Positions 38,748 through 50,070 are shown, numbered from the stretch's first letter. The stretch is DNA of 64,000 nucleotides from Alloascoidea hylecoeti (GCA_001600815.1 BCKZ01000014.1:124001-188000), one strand, 5' to 3'. Notes: generated from the sequence alone by a model not told the origin. Numbers and translations are program-made.

Positions 38748-41700
38748 CTAATCATCATCTTCATCATCACTTTCATCATCACTTACAAAGTCTGGATCAA
38801 GTTCCTTAACTCTATCCTTATACTTATCTTTGGATTCATCCAAATCTTGCATTAACAACATTAAATCTTCTAACTCTGATCTTGGAACCATGTCACTATT
38901 ATTTTTAGCTTCTATACGTGACTGTTCCAATTCTTTCTTAAGCTGATCAAGTTGCTGTTCATAACCTTCCTTTATTTTTTCTAAGGAATCTTGTAGAGAC
39001 TTTTTATCACTCTTTAGAACTGAAATTTCTACATTTTTCGTAAATTCAAGAGAGGTTTTTTCTTGTTTTATTTCTGATAATTCTTCCTCATGACATACTT
39101 TTGTCTTGTCTAAACTTTCTTTTAACGACGTTTCTCTTTTTGTAGCTTCTGAAAGATTGTCATTCAAAGTATTCTTTTCTTTCTCTAAAACAGCAAGTTT
39201 TTCATGGACATCCTCCTTAGCTTTTTTCAGTACTTCATATTCTTTTGATTGTTCTTTAAATTCGAGCTCTAACTTATTGACTTTCTTTTTGGATTCAGTC
39301 AAAACAGTATTTAACTTCTCAGTTACTGTTTGTGCATTTCCTAATTCAGTTTTAGATGTTTCGATATCCGATTTCAGTTGATCGATATATTTTAACTTGT
39401 CTTTCAAATCCGTATCTAATGTCGTTTTCTCTTTCTTGATATTTTCCAACTCAGTAGCATGTTCTTGCTTAAGGGTTTCGATGCTCTCTTTCAGTTTATC
39501 AAGTTCTTTAGCTTTCTCATCGCTTGATTTTTCAAGCGAGTTAATAAGAGATAATGAGCGCTTGAGTTCCATTTCACTTCTAGCATTCTCTTCATTAGCT
39601 TCATTAATTTTTTTGGAATATTCTTGTATAGCTGATGATGCATCTACCGTTAACATTGCACGTTCTTCTTCTAATGAATGGCGTTGTTTTTCTATTTGTG
39701 ATTTTAAGGATATGACATCCTCCTCAGCATTCGATAATTTTTCATTGACTCCTTTAAGTTCCTTTTTTGTCTTTACTAAAATTCCAACATTCTCTGATAA
39801 TTTAGTAGATGCTGATGATAACTTATCCTTTGTTTCTTCAAGGGATTTTAATAATTTTTCTTTTTCTTCTGTTATCTGAGTTAAATCGGTTTCAAGTTTG
39901 TTCTTTTCTTTCTTTAAATTAACAAGTTCAGATTTTATAGATTTTAATTCTTTCTCATGATTTTTAGCCAATTCCTCTTTTTCACTTGTTGTTTGTAAAA
40001 TCGAATTTTTTTGTTCAAGAATAGTTTGATTTAATTTCTTCTGAGAATTTTTAGAAGATTCTTTATAATTTTGATATTCAACTTCTAAATTTTCTAATTC
40101 AGATATTCTTTCAATTTTTTCTTTTAATAATCCAACTTTATTTTTAACTTTTTCTTCTTTTGCTTTATTTGAATTTTCTAATTTGATTATTTGAGATTTT
40201 AATTCTTTTTCTAAAGTTTCTAAGGTTTCTACTTTATTATTAACTTCTTCAAGTTTTAATTTTGTAGATTTTAAATCATTTTTTGTATTTTGATTAATTT
40301 GTGTTAGTTTATCAACTTTTTCTTTTTCGGATGAGTTTTCACTTGTTAATTTAGTTATGTGCTCTTCAAGTGATTGGTTTTTAGATTCAATATTTGTAAT
40401 TTGTAATCGAAGTTCACTTTCTATTTTTTCAAATTCGACTGATGTAGATTCCAATTGTTGTTTTAATGATTCAATTAATATATTAGATTTTTTATTTGAT
40501 TCAATAAGTTCTTCTTTTTCAATTTCTAAAATTTTTAATTTTGATTTTAAATCTTCAGATTGCTTAGCAGATTTTTGTAATTTTTCATAAAATGTTGCAA
40601 CTAATTGTTCAGAATGATCTCTTTGATCTTCAATTTCTTTTAATTCTTTATTCAGTTTTAAATTTAATTGTTCAGATGATTCAAATTTCCCATTAATTTC
40701 TTTTAATTTATCATTTGATAATTTTAAATCATTTTTACTCCGATTTAATAAATTTTTAATTGAAGAAATTGTTTTTTCATAATCATTTGAAGCATTTTTT
40801 AAATCTCTTTCAAGGTTTGATATTTTTTTTGTCTTTTCATCAGTTTCTTTTGTTAAAAGATATAATTCTCTACCTAGTTTATTAACACCTGCTTCTGCTT
40901 TTTCTTTTAATTGAGTTAATGAAGATAGTTGATTTATTAATTGTTTTTCTTTAGATTTATACTCATCAATAATTCTTCTTGATTCTTGAAGTTCTTGAAA
41001 ATATCTATTTGTGGAAGCTTCTAATTTTACTTTAGCTTCAGTGATATTTCCTAATTCACGACTTGTTGATTCGATATTTGTAGACACTTGTTTATAACTA
41101 GCTTGTAATTTTATTAATTCTTGCTTTGTTGTTTCAAATTGGGCTTTAGTTGTTTCTAATTGTGATGATTGTTCATTAAACTGTTGATAAAATGATTCTT
41201 TAAAAGAATTCGATTCATGTATTAAAGATTCATAAGTTTCAGATAATTCATTAAATTGTTGTTGTAAATCTTCATACATTTCTAAAGAAATTCTAGCAAA
41301 TGTATCAGCATTTGGATCTCTGTCTAAAGATTTTGAAATTCTTTTAAAATTCTCTTTAATTAAATGAACAAAAATTGGATCAAAAAATACTTCAGGTAAA
41401 CCAGTTTCATCTTTATCAGCAATAAAAATATTTTGTTCATCAAAATATTTAAAAACTTCACTATTTTTAAATTGTTGTAATTTTAAAACATATTGATCTT
41501 TACCTAAAGTTTTTAAAAGTAATGAATGTAAATCAGATCTTTTTATAGTTGAATCTTTACTACTAAAATCATAAACAATACCTAGTAATAATGCAGACAT
41601 TCCTTGAACTATTTGATTTTGATTAATTGTTTGAGTAATATAACCAACCAATGTATTAATTGTTGATGATTCACTAAGGAAATCATTAACTGCTGCAAGA

Positions 41701-43616
41701 TCTTCATATAGCCAATCTATTAAAACCATTAAATAAGCAATTGAAATTCTTGGATCAGAATTATTTAAAGTTGTTAATAAAAGACCAGACATTGCTTGAA
41801 TTGAAGAGATTGCTTCTTCTCCTTCAGTTTCATTACCAACGATGATTTTTCTGGAAATATCTTTCATTTCATTGGAGCCTTGGAATATATACATAAGTAA
41901 AACAGCAGAAAACCAGACTTTATAAGGATTCAAAGATACATTGGAATCATAAAGAAGAAGTGATGCAAATATGTTAACTTCTTCATTGAAATCAATTTCT
42001 ATCGAAGATGAAGGGGAGGATAGTCGTGATTGTTGTGGGGCTACTTGTGCCGGGGCTGAAGCTGGTTCTTGTACTGGAGTAGAAACTTTTACGGTATCCT
42101 GTGATTCATCATTAATTTCAGCTAGCCTCCTTGACTCTTCATAATCAACGTCAGTTGACGAAACTCCAGTTGAAGAAAGTGCTGGTGATACTTTAACTGG
42201 GCTATCAGAATCTTCACTATGTTTAGATGAACTTGTTTCTGGTGTAATCTCTCTTATGGGTTCAGCCGCAGTTCCTTCCAACTTGTGAAAAGCACTGATT
42301 TGATCCATAAGAAAGGCTCGCTTAGCTTCATCATTATTATCAAAATATGCAGCTAAACACATTGAACTTCCAACTCTAAGATCAAATAAATGAACAGAAT
42401 TACTTGAAAGTGTCCAATGAAGTAATGCAATTGTCACAGGTAATATCCTTACATTTTGTAACTGTATAGGTAATGAAAGGTCAATAAAAGGAACATCTAT
42501 TCCAGAAAACTGGAATTGAAGTTCAGAATTTCCTCTTATTAAATCACCAGTCACTAATAATCCAGATGTTCTAATAGAAATAGGAACATCACCAGGAGCA
42601 AACACCAATCTAAGAACATTCATTAAAACACCAGAATTAGTTAGTGAAAATTGACTTGTTTCTGTAGCATCATTTCCTTCAGTTACAAATTCTCTGCAAA
42701 TATCTAAAGTTAAAGATACATTTTGTTCACGTTGTTCATCCCATCTAATTGGAGGATTCTGATTAGTTTCTAATAATCTTGCTAACTTTGGAGCACAATT
42801 TGTTTCAAGAAATAACTTTTGATTTGAAACATTATATTTCAATAAACTTGACATTAAACATAAACAATCCTGTACAACTATTCCTCCTTCAATACCTCCT
42901 TCATCATCAATTATACTGAAAACTTTATCAAATGTATTTTCAAATGCAACTAATTTTTGAATATTATAATGATCATTGACTACATTCATTACAAGAAGGA
43001 TCGCTTCATTTCGAATGGCATCTCTGTTATCATCTAATACTGCAACCAATGAAGAAATACCTAAAGGTTGCATTAAAATACATTCCTTTGTCCTAGCAGG
43101 TCTTATAGAAGTAACAGCACCTAATAATTGTAAGCAGTATAAACGAATGAAAAAATCATTATTTTCTAAAATTTGCAATAATAAAGTAATATTCTCTTCG
43201 TTTTGTGTTAACTCATCAGCTAACCATAAAGAAATATGATCTATAGGAGTACCTTCTAGTAAAATAGGAGAAGGATATTTCCCATTTTGACTCCGGGTTT
43301 GTTGTGCTAACCATAATGAATTTCGACTTTCATTCTCTTCACCTTTTAAAAATAATATTAATAATGCTTCTAAGCATGCCCTTGTTGTATCCTGATCCAA
43401 TATATCTCTCTTTAATGTTGTTAAAATCCCTTTAAATCCACTGGCTACAACTGTTTCACGATATTCTCTGCTAAAACCTTTAAGCCCAAGAATAGCACCT
43501 CTTCTATCTTCTAGAAGGTTTGAATGAATCAACCGATCGCATAACTTTGTTATCGTATCATACGCAGATTGCGGCCTTGGCTGTGCCTGAGCCAAAAATC
43601 CAGAAAAAAGCGACAT
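38748..43616 (-). CDS. USO1: ER-Golgi vesicle tether Uso1/p115
   Basis: Head domain (TITKLCDRL, DRRGAILGLKGFSR, IQKLVAFENTF), long coiled coil, ELEDLMLLM and an acidic tail. Confidence 0.95.
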   Translation of the reverse strand: MSLFSGFLAQAQPRPQSAYDTITKLCDRLIHSNLLEDRRGAILGLKGFSREYRETVVASGFKGILTTLKRDILDQDTTRACLEALLILFLKGEENESRNSLWLAQQTRSQNGKYPSPILLEGTPIDHISLWLADELTQNEENITLLLQILENNDFFIRLYCLQLLGAVTSIRPARTKECILMQPLGISSLVAVLDDNRDAIRNEAILLVMNVVNDHYNIQKLVAFENTFDKVFSIIDDEGGIEGGIVVQDCLCLMSSLLKYNVSNQKLFLETNCAPKLARLLETNQNPPIRWDEQREQNVSLTLDICREFVTEGNDATETSQFSLTNSGVLMNVLRLVFAPGDVPISIRTSGLLVTGDLIRGNSELQFQFSGIDVPFIDLSLPIQLQNVRILPVTIALLHWTLSSNSVHLFDLRVGSSMCLAAYFDNNDEAKRAFLMDQISAFHKLEGTAAEPIREITPETSSSKHSEDSDSPVKVSPALSSTGVSSTDVDYEESRRLAEINDESQDTVKVSTPVQEPASAPAQVAPQQSRLSSPSSSIEIDFNEEVNIFASLLLYDSNVSLNPYKVWFSAVLLMYIFQGSNEMKDISRKIIVGNETEGEEAISSIQAMSGLLLTTLNNSDPRISIAYLMVLIDWLYEDLAAVNDFLSESSTINTLVGYITQTINQNQIVQGMSALLLGIVYDFSSKDSTIKRSDLHSLLLKTLGKDQYVLKLQQFKNSEVFKYFDEQNIFIADKDETGLPEVFFDPIFVHLIKENFKRISKSLDRDPNADTFARISLEMYEDLQQQFNELSETYESLIHESNSFKESFYQQFNEQSSQLETTKAQFETTKQELIKLQASYKQVSTNIESTSRELGNITEAKVKLEASTNRYFQELQESRRIIDEYKSKEKQLINQLSSLTQLKEKAEAGVNKLGRELYLLTKETDEKTKKISNLERDLKNASNDYEKTISSIKNLLNRSKNDLKLSNDKLKEINGKFESSEQLNLKLNKELKEIEDQRDHSEQLVATFYEKLQKSAKQSEDLKSKLKILEIEKEELIESNKKSNILIESLKQQLESTSVEFEKIESELRLQITNIESKNQSLEEHITKLTSENSSEKEKVDKLTQINQNTKNDLKSTKLKLEEVNNKVETLETLEKELKSQIIKLENSNKAKEEKVKNKVGLLKEKIERISELENLEVEYQNYKESSKNSQKKLNQTILEQKNSILQTTSEKEELAKNHEKELKSIKSELVNLKKEKNKLETDLTQITEEKEKLLKSLEETKDKLSSASTKLSENVGILVKTKKELKGVNEKLSNAEEDVISLKSQIEKQRHSLEEERAMLTVDASSAIQEYSKKINEANEENARSEMELKRSLSLINSLEKSSDEKAKELDKLKESIETLKQEHATELENIKKEKTTLDTDLKDKLKYIDQLKSDIETSKTELGNAQTVTEKLNTVLTESKKKVNKLELEFKEQSKEYEVLKKAKEDVHEKLAVLEKEKNTLNDNLSEATKRETSLKESLDKTKVCHEEELSEIKQEKTSLEFTKNVEISVLKSDKKSLQDSLEKIKEGYEQQLDQLKKELEQSRIEAKNNSDMVPRSELEDLMLLMQDLDESKDKYKDRVKELDPDFVSDDESDDEDDD

Positions 43617-43738
43617 TTTGTGCTAATCTATAAATATCTGATGGTATGATGAGGGAGGAAGGAGGACACATAATAACCACCAGGGGTGTAGGGGTGTCCG
43701 TACAACAAAATCAAACAATTACCACGAATATCGATATA

Positions 43739-44528
43739 ATGTTATTCAGTGTTGGAATGGAAGGACCATCTTCTGTTTGGGGTGCGAAACATGTTGCGTA
43801 TCTTGAATCACGACTCCAAGAGAAATTAGGTCCTGAGTATCAATCAGTCATAAATGGAGTAAAACAGACGCGAACAGTTGTTTCTCTACCAGGATGGGAG
43901 GCCATTAATGTTGCAAATCAAGTTTTTGGATTTGACGGATGGAGTTCGGAAATAAAAGATTTCAAAGTGGATTCATTTGAAAATAATCCAAATGGAAGGT
44001 TTAAAATGCGATCATCAGCAATAATACGGATTACTTTAAAGGATGGAACTTTTCATGAAGATATAGGCTATGGTCAGGCTGAAATGGATTGTAAAGCTTT
44101 GGCTTATGAGAAATGCAAAAAAGAAGCAACTACTGATGGTTTAAAGAGAACTTTAAGAATGTTTGGAAGTATTCTTGGTGATAGTCTTTTTGAACAACAT
44201 TATTCAAACACTAATGTTGTGAAGGAAGATGATGTAGTATGTGTTCCTTATAGTTGTTGAATTGAATTTTAGTTATTTCTAACATTAATCTTTATAGACA
44301 ATATCCACATTCGAACAAAGATATTCATACAAACGGAAGACTGCAACTGGTTTTCAGAATCCAGAACAAGTTAAACGATATAAAATGAATATTCTTGATG
44401 GGATTAAAGAAGAAACATCATTTATCCAAAAAAATGAAACAGATACCATGCATACAGATAATTATGAATTTGAACTTGTTTTAGATGATAAAGATTTAGA
44501 AGTTGATGGAATTCCTTTCATAGAATAA
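43739..44528 (+). CDS. Short Rad52-family annealing protein, Rad59-like (exons 43739-44236, 44298-44528)
   Basis: Rad52 N-terminal domain (LGPEY, ANQVFGFDGWSSEI, LKDGTFHEDIGYG, KKEATTDGLKR). About 243 aa after removing a GTATGT..CTAAC..TAG intron, with no long Rad52 C-terminus. Confidence 0.85.
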
Positions 44529-45540
44529 ACTTCTATTTTCCTTTAACTTATTCATCAATATTCATAAATTTGCTAATTGTTTTTGCTTTTATGTATTTTT
44601 ACTTGCATTTCTCAATCATTTCTCATGTCTCACTTCTCATTTTATCATTATAAGAATATGCTTTTTTATTCAAAATTTAAATGTTTTACATTTAGACCTA
44701 CTCCGGAAGTTTTATATTTTCATCCAGGTAAAAATGTCAAAACTTTGGATGTTATTATTTCTGTGAAATGGGCATTGCTATTAAGATAATTACAGGATCT
44801 AGCTTATAATTAAGCTTGTCGCAAATTGTCCATTTTAGTTTTAATCAAAAGTGAACATTTTGTTCAGATGATCAGATATGAGATGACTAGATTTGAATCT
44901 GGTAGGGTGTTTTGCGTTAATATCGACCATTTGTGGACCTATATATTCGTCCAATATATTCGCCACATTTTAAATCAATACTTCGGTCTTATTATACAAT
45001 AGTATTCCGCCAGTCATCCGACCAAATTTCGGCCGCTTCGAATCAAATTTTCGACCACCTTCATGCCCAGAAAAGATGATCAGCACAGGTCCTTCAAAAA
45101 CATCAAAGGTGGTAATTTTCAATGGATTAACTTCCATATGTCCAAATCAGCTATAACACCGGCACCTGCTTAGCTATAACCGTATTTACAAAGTTAGTTA
45201 TATGGGGTCAACATCTAACACTCACTAACTTGTATTTTTTATAATTATAAAAAAAAAGACTACCAAGCAATATTATATTTTATTAACTAGTTGTAACTGT
45301 AGTTGTAGTTGTAGTCGTTGTCGTTGTTCTTGTTGTTGCTGTTCTCGTTGGCGTCGAGGTTCTAGTTGAGGTTGCTGTTGCCGTTGTACTGACATTATTT
45401 AGATTTTTTTATATTTTTATTTTTCTTAAATAATCGGAAGATTTCGGGTTTTTGTTGTTTTGATTTAAGGAATATCAATTAAAAATTATATATAAGAGGA
45501 AAGAGAAGGGTTTTTTTTGAAAAGAAGAGATTCTTCGGGG

Positions 45541-46268
45541 GAAAAGGAAGCAAGAAAAGAGAGGAAGCGGACTAAGTGAAAGTTATTATCTTATTGTTTC
45601 GAGAAAAGAGAGTCATATTTAGATTTTCTATTCACTGTATTGTTTTTATTCTACACGTTAACGTTGTTAATATACCTGTTTTTGTTGTTGATATTTATTG
45701 CACAAATAATCCCTTCGATCTAAATGCAACATTAATCTCTTTTCAGATGTTTTAAAGTCCATCCTTCTACAAATAGAGAGAAAGCATCACGGAATAAAGA
45801 AAGATATCTATAACCATCTTTATCCCTTGGTAAACTGACCGTGCCAACTATTATTGTCTCAAAAATACTTTTAGGAACGGAAGAATTTAATGATCTGGAT
45901 TTTAATGAGACAATAGAGAATTTCTGACAAATATCACAACTAGCTATAAACTTTTCAACAAAATAATTCAAACAAGGAATGAAAAACTTTTTGATAGAAT
46001 CAGTAGTTCGTGATGCTTTCTCTATATTTTTGGAAGGATTGACTTTAAAACATCTGAGTGGAAAAGAGATTAGTGTTGCATTTAGATCGAAGTGATTATT
46101 TGTGCAATAAATATCAACAACAAAAACAGGTATATTAACAACGTTAACGTGTGTAGAATAAAAACAATACAATGAATAGAAAATCCAAATAGGACTCTCT
46201 TTTCTCGAAATAATAAGATAATAACTTTCAATTAGTCCACTTCTTCTCTTTTCTTCCTTTTTTTTTCC
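45541..46268. repeat. Foldback: inverted arms 45541-45791 and 46009-46268 with a 217-bp spacer
   Basis: The arms match as reverse complements at roughly 85-90%, e.g. aatatacctgtttttgttgttgatatttattgcacaaataatc.cttcgatctaaatgcaaca. Confidence 0.9.
45690..46008 (-). mobile_element. Ty3/gypsy-type (or Ginger-like) integrase fragment
   Basis: FVEKFIASCDICQK (zinc-finger CxxC half) followed by PKSIFETI..SLPRDKDGYRYLSLFRDAFSLFVEGWTLK (start of the rve core). The catalytic D is degenerate and the fragment is truncated. Confidence 0.8.
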
Positions 46269-46285
46269 GTTGAAGTGTCGCCAAC

Positions 46286-47677
46286 CTCTGGTTGACTCCC
46301 CAAGAGTGACAATATCCAACAATATGGAACAACTCCAGATGCCAAACTTAGCCGCAATTAAGTGAAATCACTGTATAGTAGACTATAATTTTACTACAAC
46401 GTTAATTAATTAATCAATAAGATTGTTCAATTAAAAAGTTTTAGCTAAATATATATCCCGAACTTGCTCGGCTCCCAAAATTTCGTTTGATCGAACGCAT
46501 CGAACCAAAAAAATTGCCGTCATTGACGTTGTTGTTCTTCTAGTGGTTGTTGTAGTTGATTTTTGCATCAGTGAAACTTTTCTTTTTAACTGTCCCAGTT
46601 TCTTCTTGAACTGTAATATCTTTGGAGTTGTATAAAATGATTTTCTATCAAATTAGGCATTCGAATATTTGTCGCAACTCAAGGTTGACTTCCTCAATCT
46701 CGAGCTTGAGTTGTATTTGAGGGTGTATATTTGTGATTTGTGATTTGTTGTTTTGAATCTTTGATATCGGTCATTGTGTTATATAAACTTTGGTAATATA
46801 ATATGGAAGCTTTACAGTAAGTAATTTTTACGTAAGTATTGATAAATACTAAAAAATGTATATTAAAAGTTAACTGATATGAATAGAATAAATACCGAAA
46901 ATAAAATGATTGTCAACAAGGCTAAAAGCCGTGTGGTTCTCTTGACATCATTTTCAATTTCACTTATTCGGTTCCCATTTTCTCCTATTTCTAATGTTAA
47001 TTGCCCAAAAAACATTTCTTAAGTTTTTGATAAAGGCTTGATTTATCTTCACTATTTCTTTTTGTAATTAAATCCCTTCTTTTATTATTTAATTTATTAT
47101 TATTTTTATTTAAATCAAATATTGATGAACCAGTAATTTTAATCCCAATTATTTCACGGAAACCTTATATTTTGGATTATAACCAGTTATATTTCCACAA
47201 TATTTTAAATATGATATTTCAACAAGTATCAAGTCATGATCATCTTCAATCCAAATTGATCCCAAAAAATTAATTTTAATCTTATCAGAAACTTCTTCTC
47301 TCATTATTTTTAATAATAAAAATTTAGAATCAACATCATTAAAAAATTTAATTAATTCAATTTTATTCATATAATTTTTAATTTTTTTGATAAAAGATAT
47401 TTATAAATTTGAAGTGAAGTTTCAAAACTAGCTTTAAATCCTTCTTCTAATAAACTTAAATCAAAAACTTCATTAAATATTTCTAACTTTTCAATAATTA
47501 TTGAATCATCTTTTGATAAACTATTTAAAATCATTGATCTTACAATTTGAAGAACGTTAACATTTCTATTAGAGGAATTAGATATTAGTGATACTTCATC
47601 ATAATCAAGATATTCTTTTAATAATCTAAGAGCTTCTGTATTATATTTAACAAAGTTGATATAATTATGAATATCTG
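46286..47677 (-). repeat. Inverted copy of 23072-24457, containing a partial third copy of the orphan family
   Basis: Near-identical reverse complement, with a 6-nt insertion (aacgtt) and a few substitutions. Confidence 0.95.
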
Positions 47678-47862
47678 ACTCATACTCAAAAACAAAACAT
47701 TGCTGTTCTTCTGCCGATTATAACTCTGTTCAAGTTGATACAAATATTGCAAATAGTGATGTTGCTGATCAACGCATACAACTTTTAAAAGTCCCTAGTG
47801 AAATATCCAGACTTAAATGATTTTTCATTCATTGGAATATTCATTAGTAGTTCAACAAAAGG
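47676..47862 (+). pseudogene. Fragment of the GATase gene 5' end (source about 25180-25412, -)
   Basis: attgctgttctt..ccgattataa.tctgttcaagttgatacaaata and ccaga.ttaaatgat...attggaatattcattagt match the GATase start, with an internal deletion. Confidence 0.85.
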
Positions 47863-47867
47863 TACAA

Positions 47868-48250
47868 CTCAGATATGTTTGTTTGTTATTAGCTATTTGG
47901 AAGCCAATGATGTCAAGAATTCGTGGTTTAGACGAACTTGATGTTTTTATGGATTCCGTTAATAGAGAATTAGGCATGAAATTGATGATTGAAAGTCTTC
48001 GTCAAGAAGAAAATGCTCAAACTATTTTCATTACACCACAAGCTATGGGTAATGCTATCAAAGCTGAATTAACAGAATATTTGAAGTTTAATTAATTACG
48101 GTTCAATTTTTATTATACTTTTGTGGTTTAATAGGCATATATATATGATAATAATTATATTAAAAATACTTTAGTATTTGCTAAAAAGTAACACAATACA
48201 TTAATTACCAATCATAATCTTCACCATCATGATCTTCATCATCACTTTAT
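47868..48250 (+). pseudogene. Fragment of the SMC6 3' end plus the downstream intergenic region and USO1 tail (source about 38318-38780)
   Basis: CLLLAIWKPMMSRIRGLDELDVFMDSVNRELGMKLMIESLRQEENAQTIFITPQAMGNAIKA is almost identical to Smc6. Degenerate 3' UTR and tcttcatcatcacttt follow. Confidence 0.92.
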
Positions 48251-48725
48251 TCACCAAGCTACTTTAGTAAAAAAAACCTGACTGATTCATCTGAATCAAG
48301 TTTTATCATTCTTTACATGTCAGTAGATTTAGGAGTAGTTTCTTTAATACCGTCAGCCACCATCAGAGTTCCAACGACATCGAGTTCAAAAAGAAGATTT
48401 TGTGTAAGTTATATATATAGAAGGGCACGAATATTAGGATTATTAGATGGTGGTACATGTTCTACACATCAATATTAATATTAATTACCATTTTTACTTC
48501 AGTGGTTTCAATTCAAGATCAGGTGCAATCTTGTCAATCCCCTTATACCTTCATTAGCTATATACGATGTCCCATTCACTTTCATAAGTGGATTAAGCTC
48601 TTTGCGTGAATCTAGGTGGTTGTAGCAGCGGTCCATAGGTTAACCCCTATTTAATATACAGTTAATTCACCTAATTGCGGCCATTCTGATTACTAATTAT
48701 CGGCCTTGCTTATAATCAAGTGTCG

Positions 48726-49153
48726 GCGGCTCACCGAAATTGTCACTGCATACATAGGGGGGGGGACGGATCAACAATCTGGTAATTCCCTTATTAGTAA
48801 CTGCACATATGCTGATTTCTTGTTATAGATATGCACATAATAACACCTACTGTATTAACTACCATGTATCAATATATCCGGGTAATCATTGCTATTATTG
48901 CATGATTTTTTAATGCATATACATACATACTACATATTTTACTATGTGTATGCAAAGCGGGAGTGAAAATGACCTATATTGGAAGGCTAATGAACTTCAC
49001 AACGTAGAGTAAGAACATATTAATTTTATTTGGCCATTTATCTATCGATTTACGTCTTTAAAGTCACATTCAGTGTTGTTGGTCGACAACTTCACTAGGG
49101 TTGAAAAAATAGCTGCAGGTGAAAAATTTTATGTGGCAATTTCGGTGAGCCGC
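48726..49153. repeat. 21-bp inverted repeat pair bounding 428 bp
   Basis: GCGGCTCACCGAAATTGTCAC (48726-48746) and GTGGCAATTTCGGTGAGCCGC (49133-49153), one mismatch. Confidence 0.7.
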
Positions 49154-49473
49154 ACCATATATTATAAAAAATAAAATCGTTTTGGAATCAGACGCCAAAA
49201 AGTCGCGACCTCTTGTTGACTGTCCAAGAGTATCGATTTTATATTACCAAGTAAATTACGATTTTTTAATTAAAAGCTCTACACGAAATAAAGATAACAA
49301 AAATAAAAATGATCATGATAACAAGAAAGAAATTATATAGAATTAATAACTAATAAATTATATACTTATAACTTCGTGAGAAGAGCTTTGTAAACTTTAT
49401 AATTTTTGCTATTTTCAGTATAATTAAATGAATGTTATACCTTTAAATTTAGTAAAAAATAATCCATTCAAAT

Positions 49474-49676
49474 ATTAACCGTCAGAAATTTAAATAATTT
49501 AATGAATATAACCTGAATTTAATAAGACTTGATATATTTCATCATAACGCAAATATATCATCACATATCTCAAGTGATGGGTTGAAAATAAAAAAGTAAC
49601 TCAATTAAAATGACTTTAGGAAGGTCGTATATCATAAAGCTCTAAGAAGAGCCAAAAAGTTCATCATTTGGTTAAT
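49474..49676 (-). ncRNA. Candidate box C/D snoRNA-like element, copy 2
   Basis: The reverse complement reads ttaaccaaATGATGAac...tttaaattTCTGAcggttaa and is homologous to 2492-2679. Confidence 0.3.
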
Positions 49677-50005
49677 CGGGCTTCATTTCCTAATAACAAA
49701 GTTTTGACAACAACTAAACAATTAATTAAAGCAATTAAGATTAATATCAAAGTTCTTCAGATTTCACTTGTGCTCCATATTTATATATTTCTGGTATGTA
49801 AGTTCATGGTATCAAAATTCTTAAAGAAGAATAGTAAAAATCACTGGATTTTATATCCTCTCTACACACACGTGATTTTGATTTTTAATTAATAATGTAA
49901 ATTGGTACTATATAGTAACATTTAAACAACATTAACATTGCATTCATTCATCAAAGTCTTAATTCATTAAATAGATAAATGTTACTATAATAAAGCTAAA
50001 TAGTA

Positions 50006-50070
50006 ATATATTTATATTTATTTATATTTATTTATATTTATTTATATTTATTTATATTTATTTATATTTA
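50006..50070. repeat. (TTTATATTTA)n minisatellite, about 6 copies
   Basis: Seen directly in the sequence. Confidence 0.9.

Noticed and set aside
39106..43239. Plus-strand ORFs inside USO1 (and similar antisense ORFs in VAM7, SMC6, NAM2 and the Trx gene)
   Set aside because: These are antisense shadows of codon-biased coding sequence with S/F/L-rich nonsense composition.
11953..44528. Functional clustering of trafficking genes (VPS33, VAM7, USO1) or chromosome genes (CTF3, SMC6, RAD59-like)
   Set aside because: They are interspersed with unrelated genes and belong to large functional categories, so chance is sufficient.
45276..45393. Minus-strand ~40-codon Gln-rich ORF (MSVQRQQQPQ...) with an upstream TATA-like sequence
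   Set aside because: Low-complexity, short and without recognisable homology. It cannot be supported without expression data.
45732..46322. 196-aa ORF as a real gene
   Set aside because: It is a chimera with a TTG start, crossing the inverted duplication, a foldback arm and the integrase fragment. Probably fortuitous.
47817..48095. Second functional SMC6 gene
   Set aside because: Only the last ~65 codons are present, with no Walker A or coiled coil, fused to out-of-frame GATase sequence.
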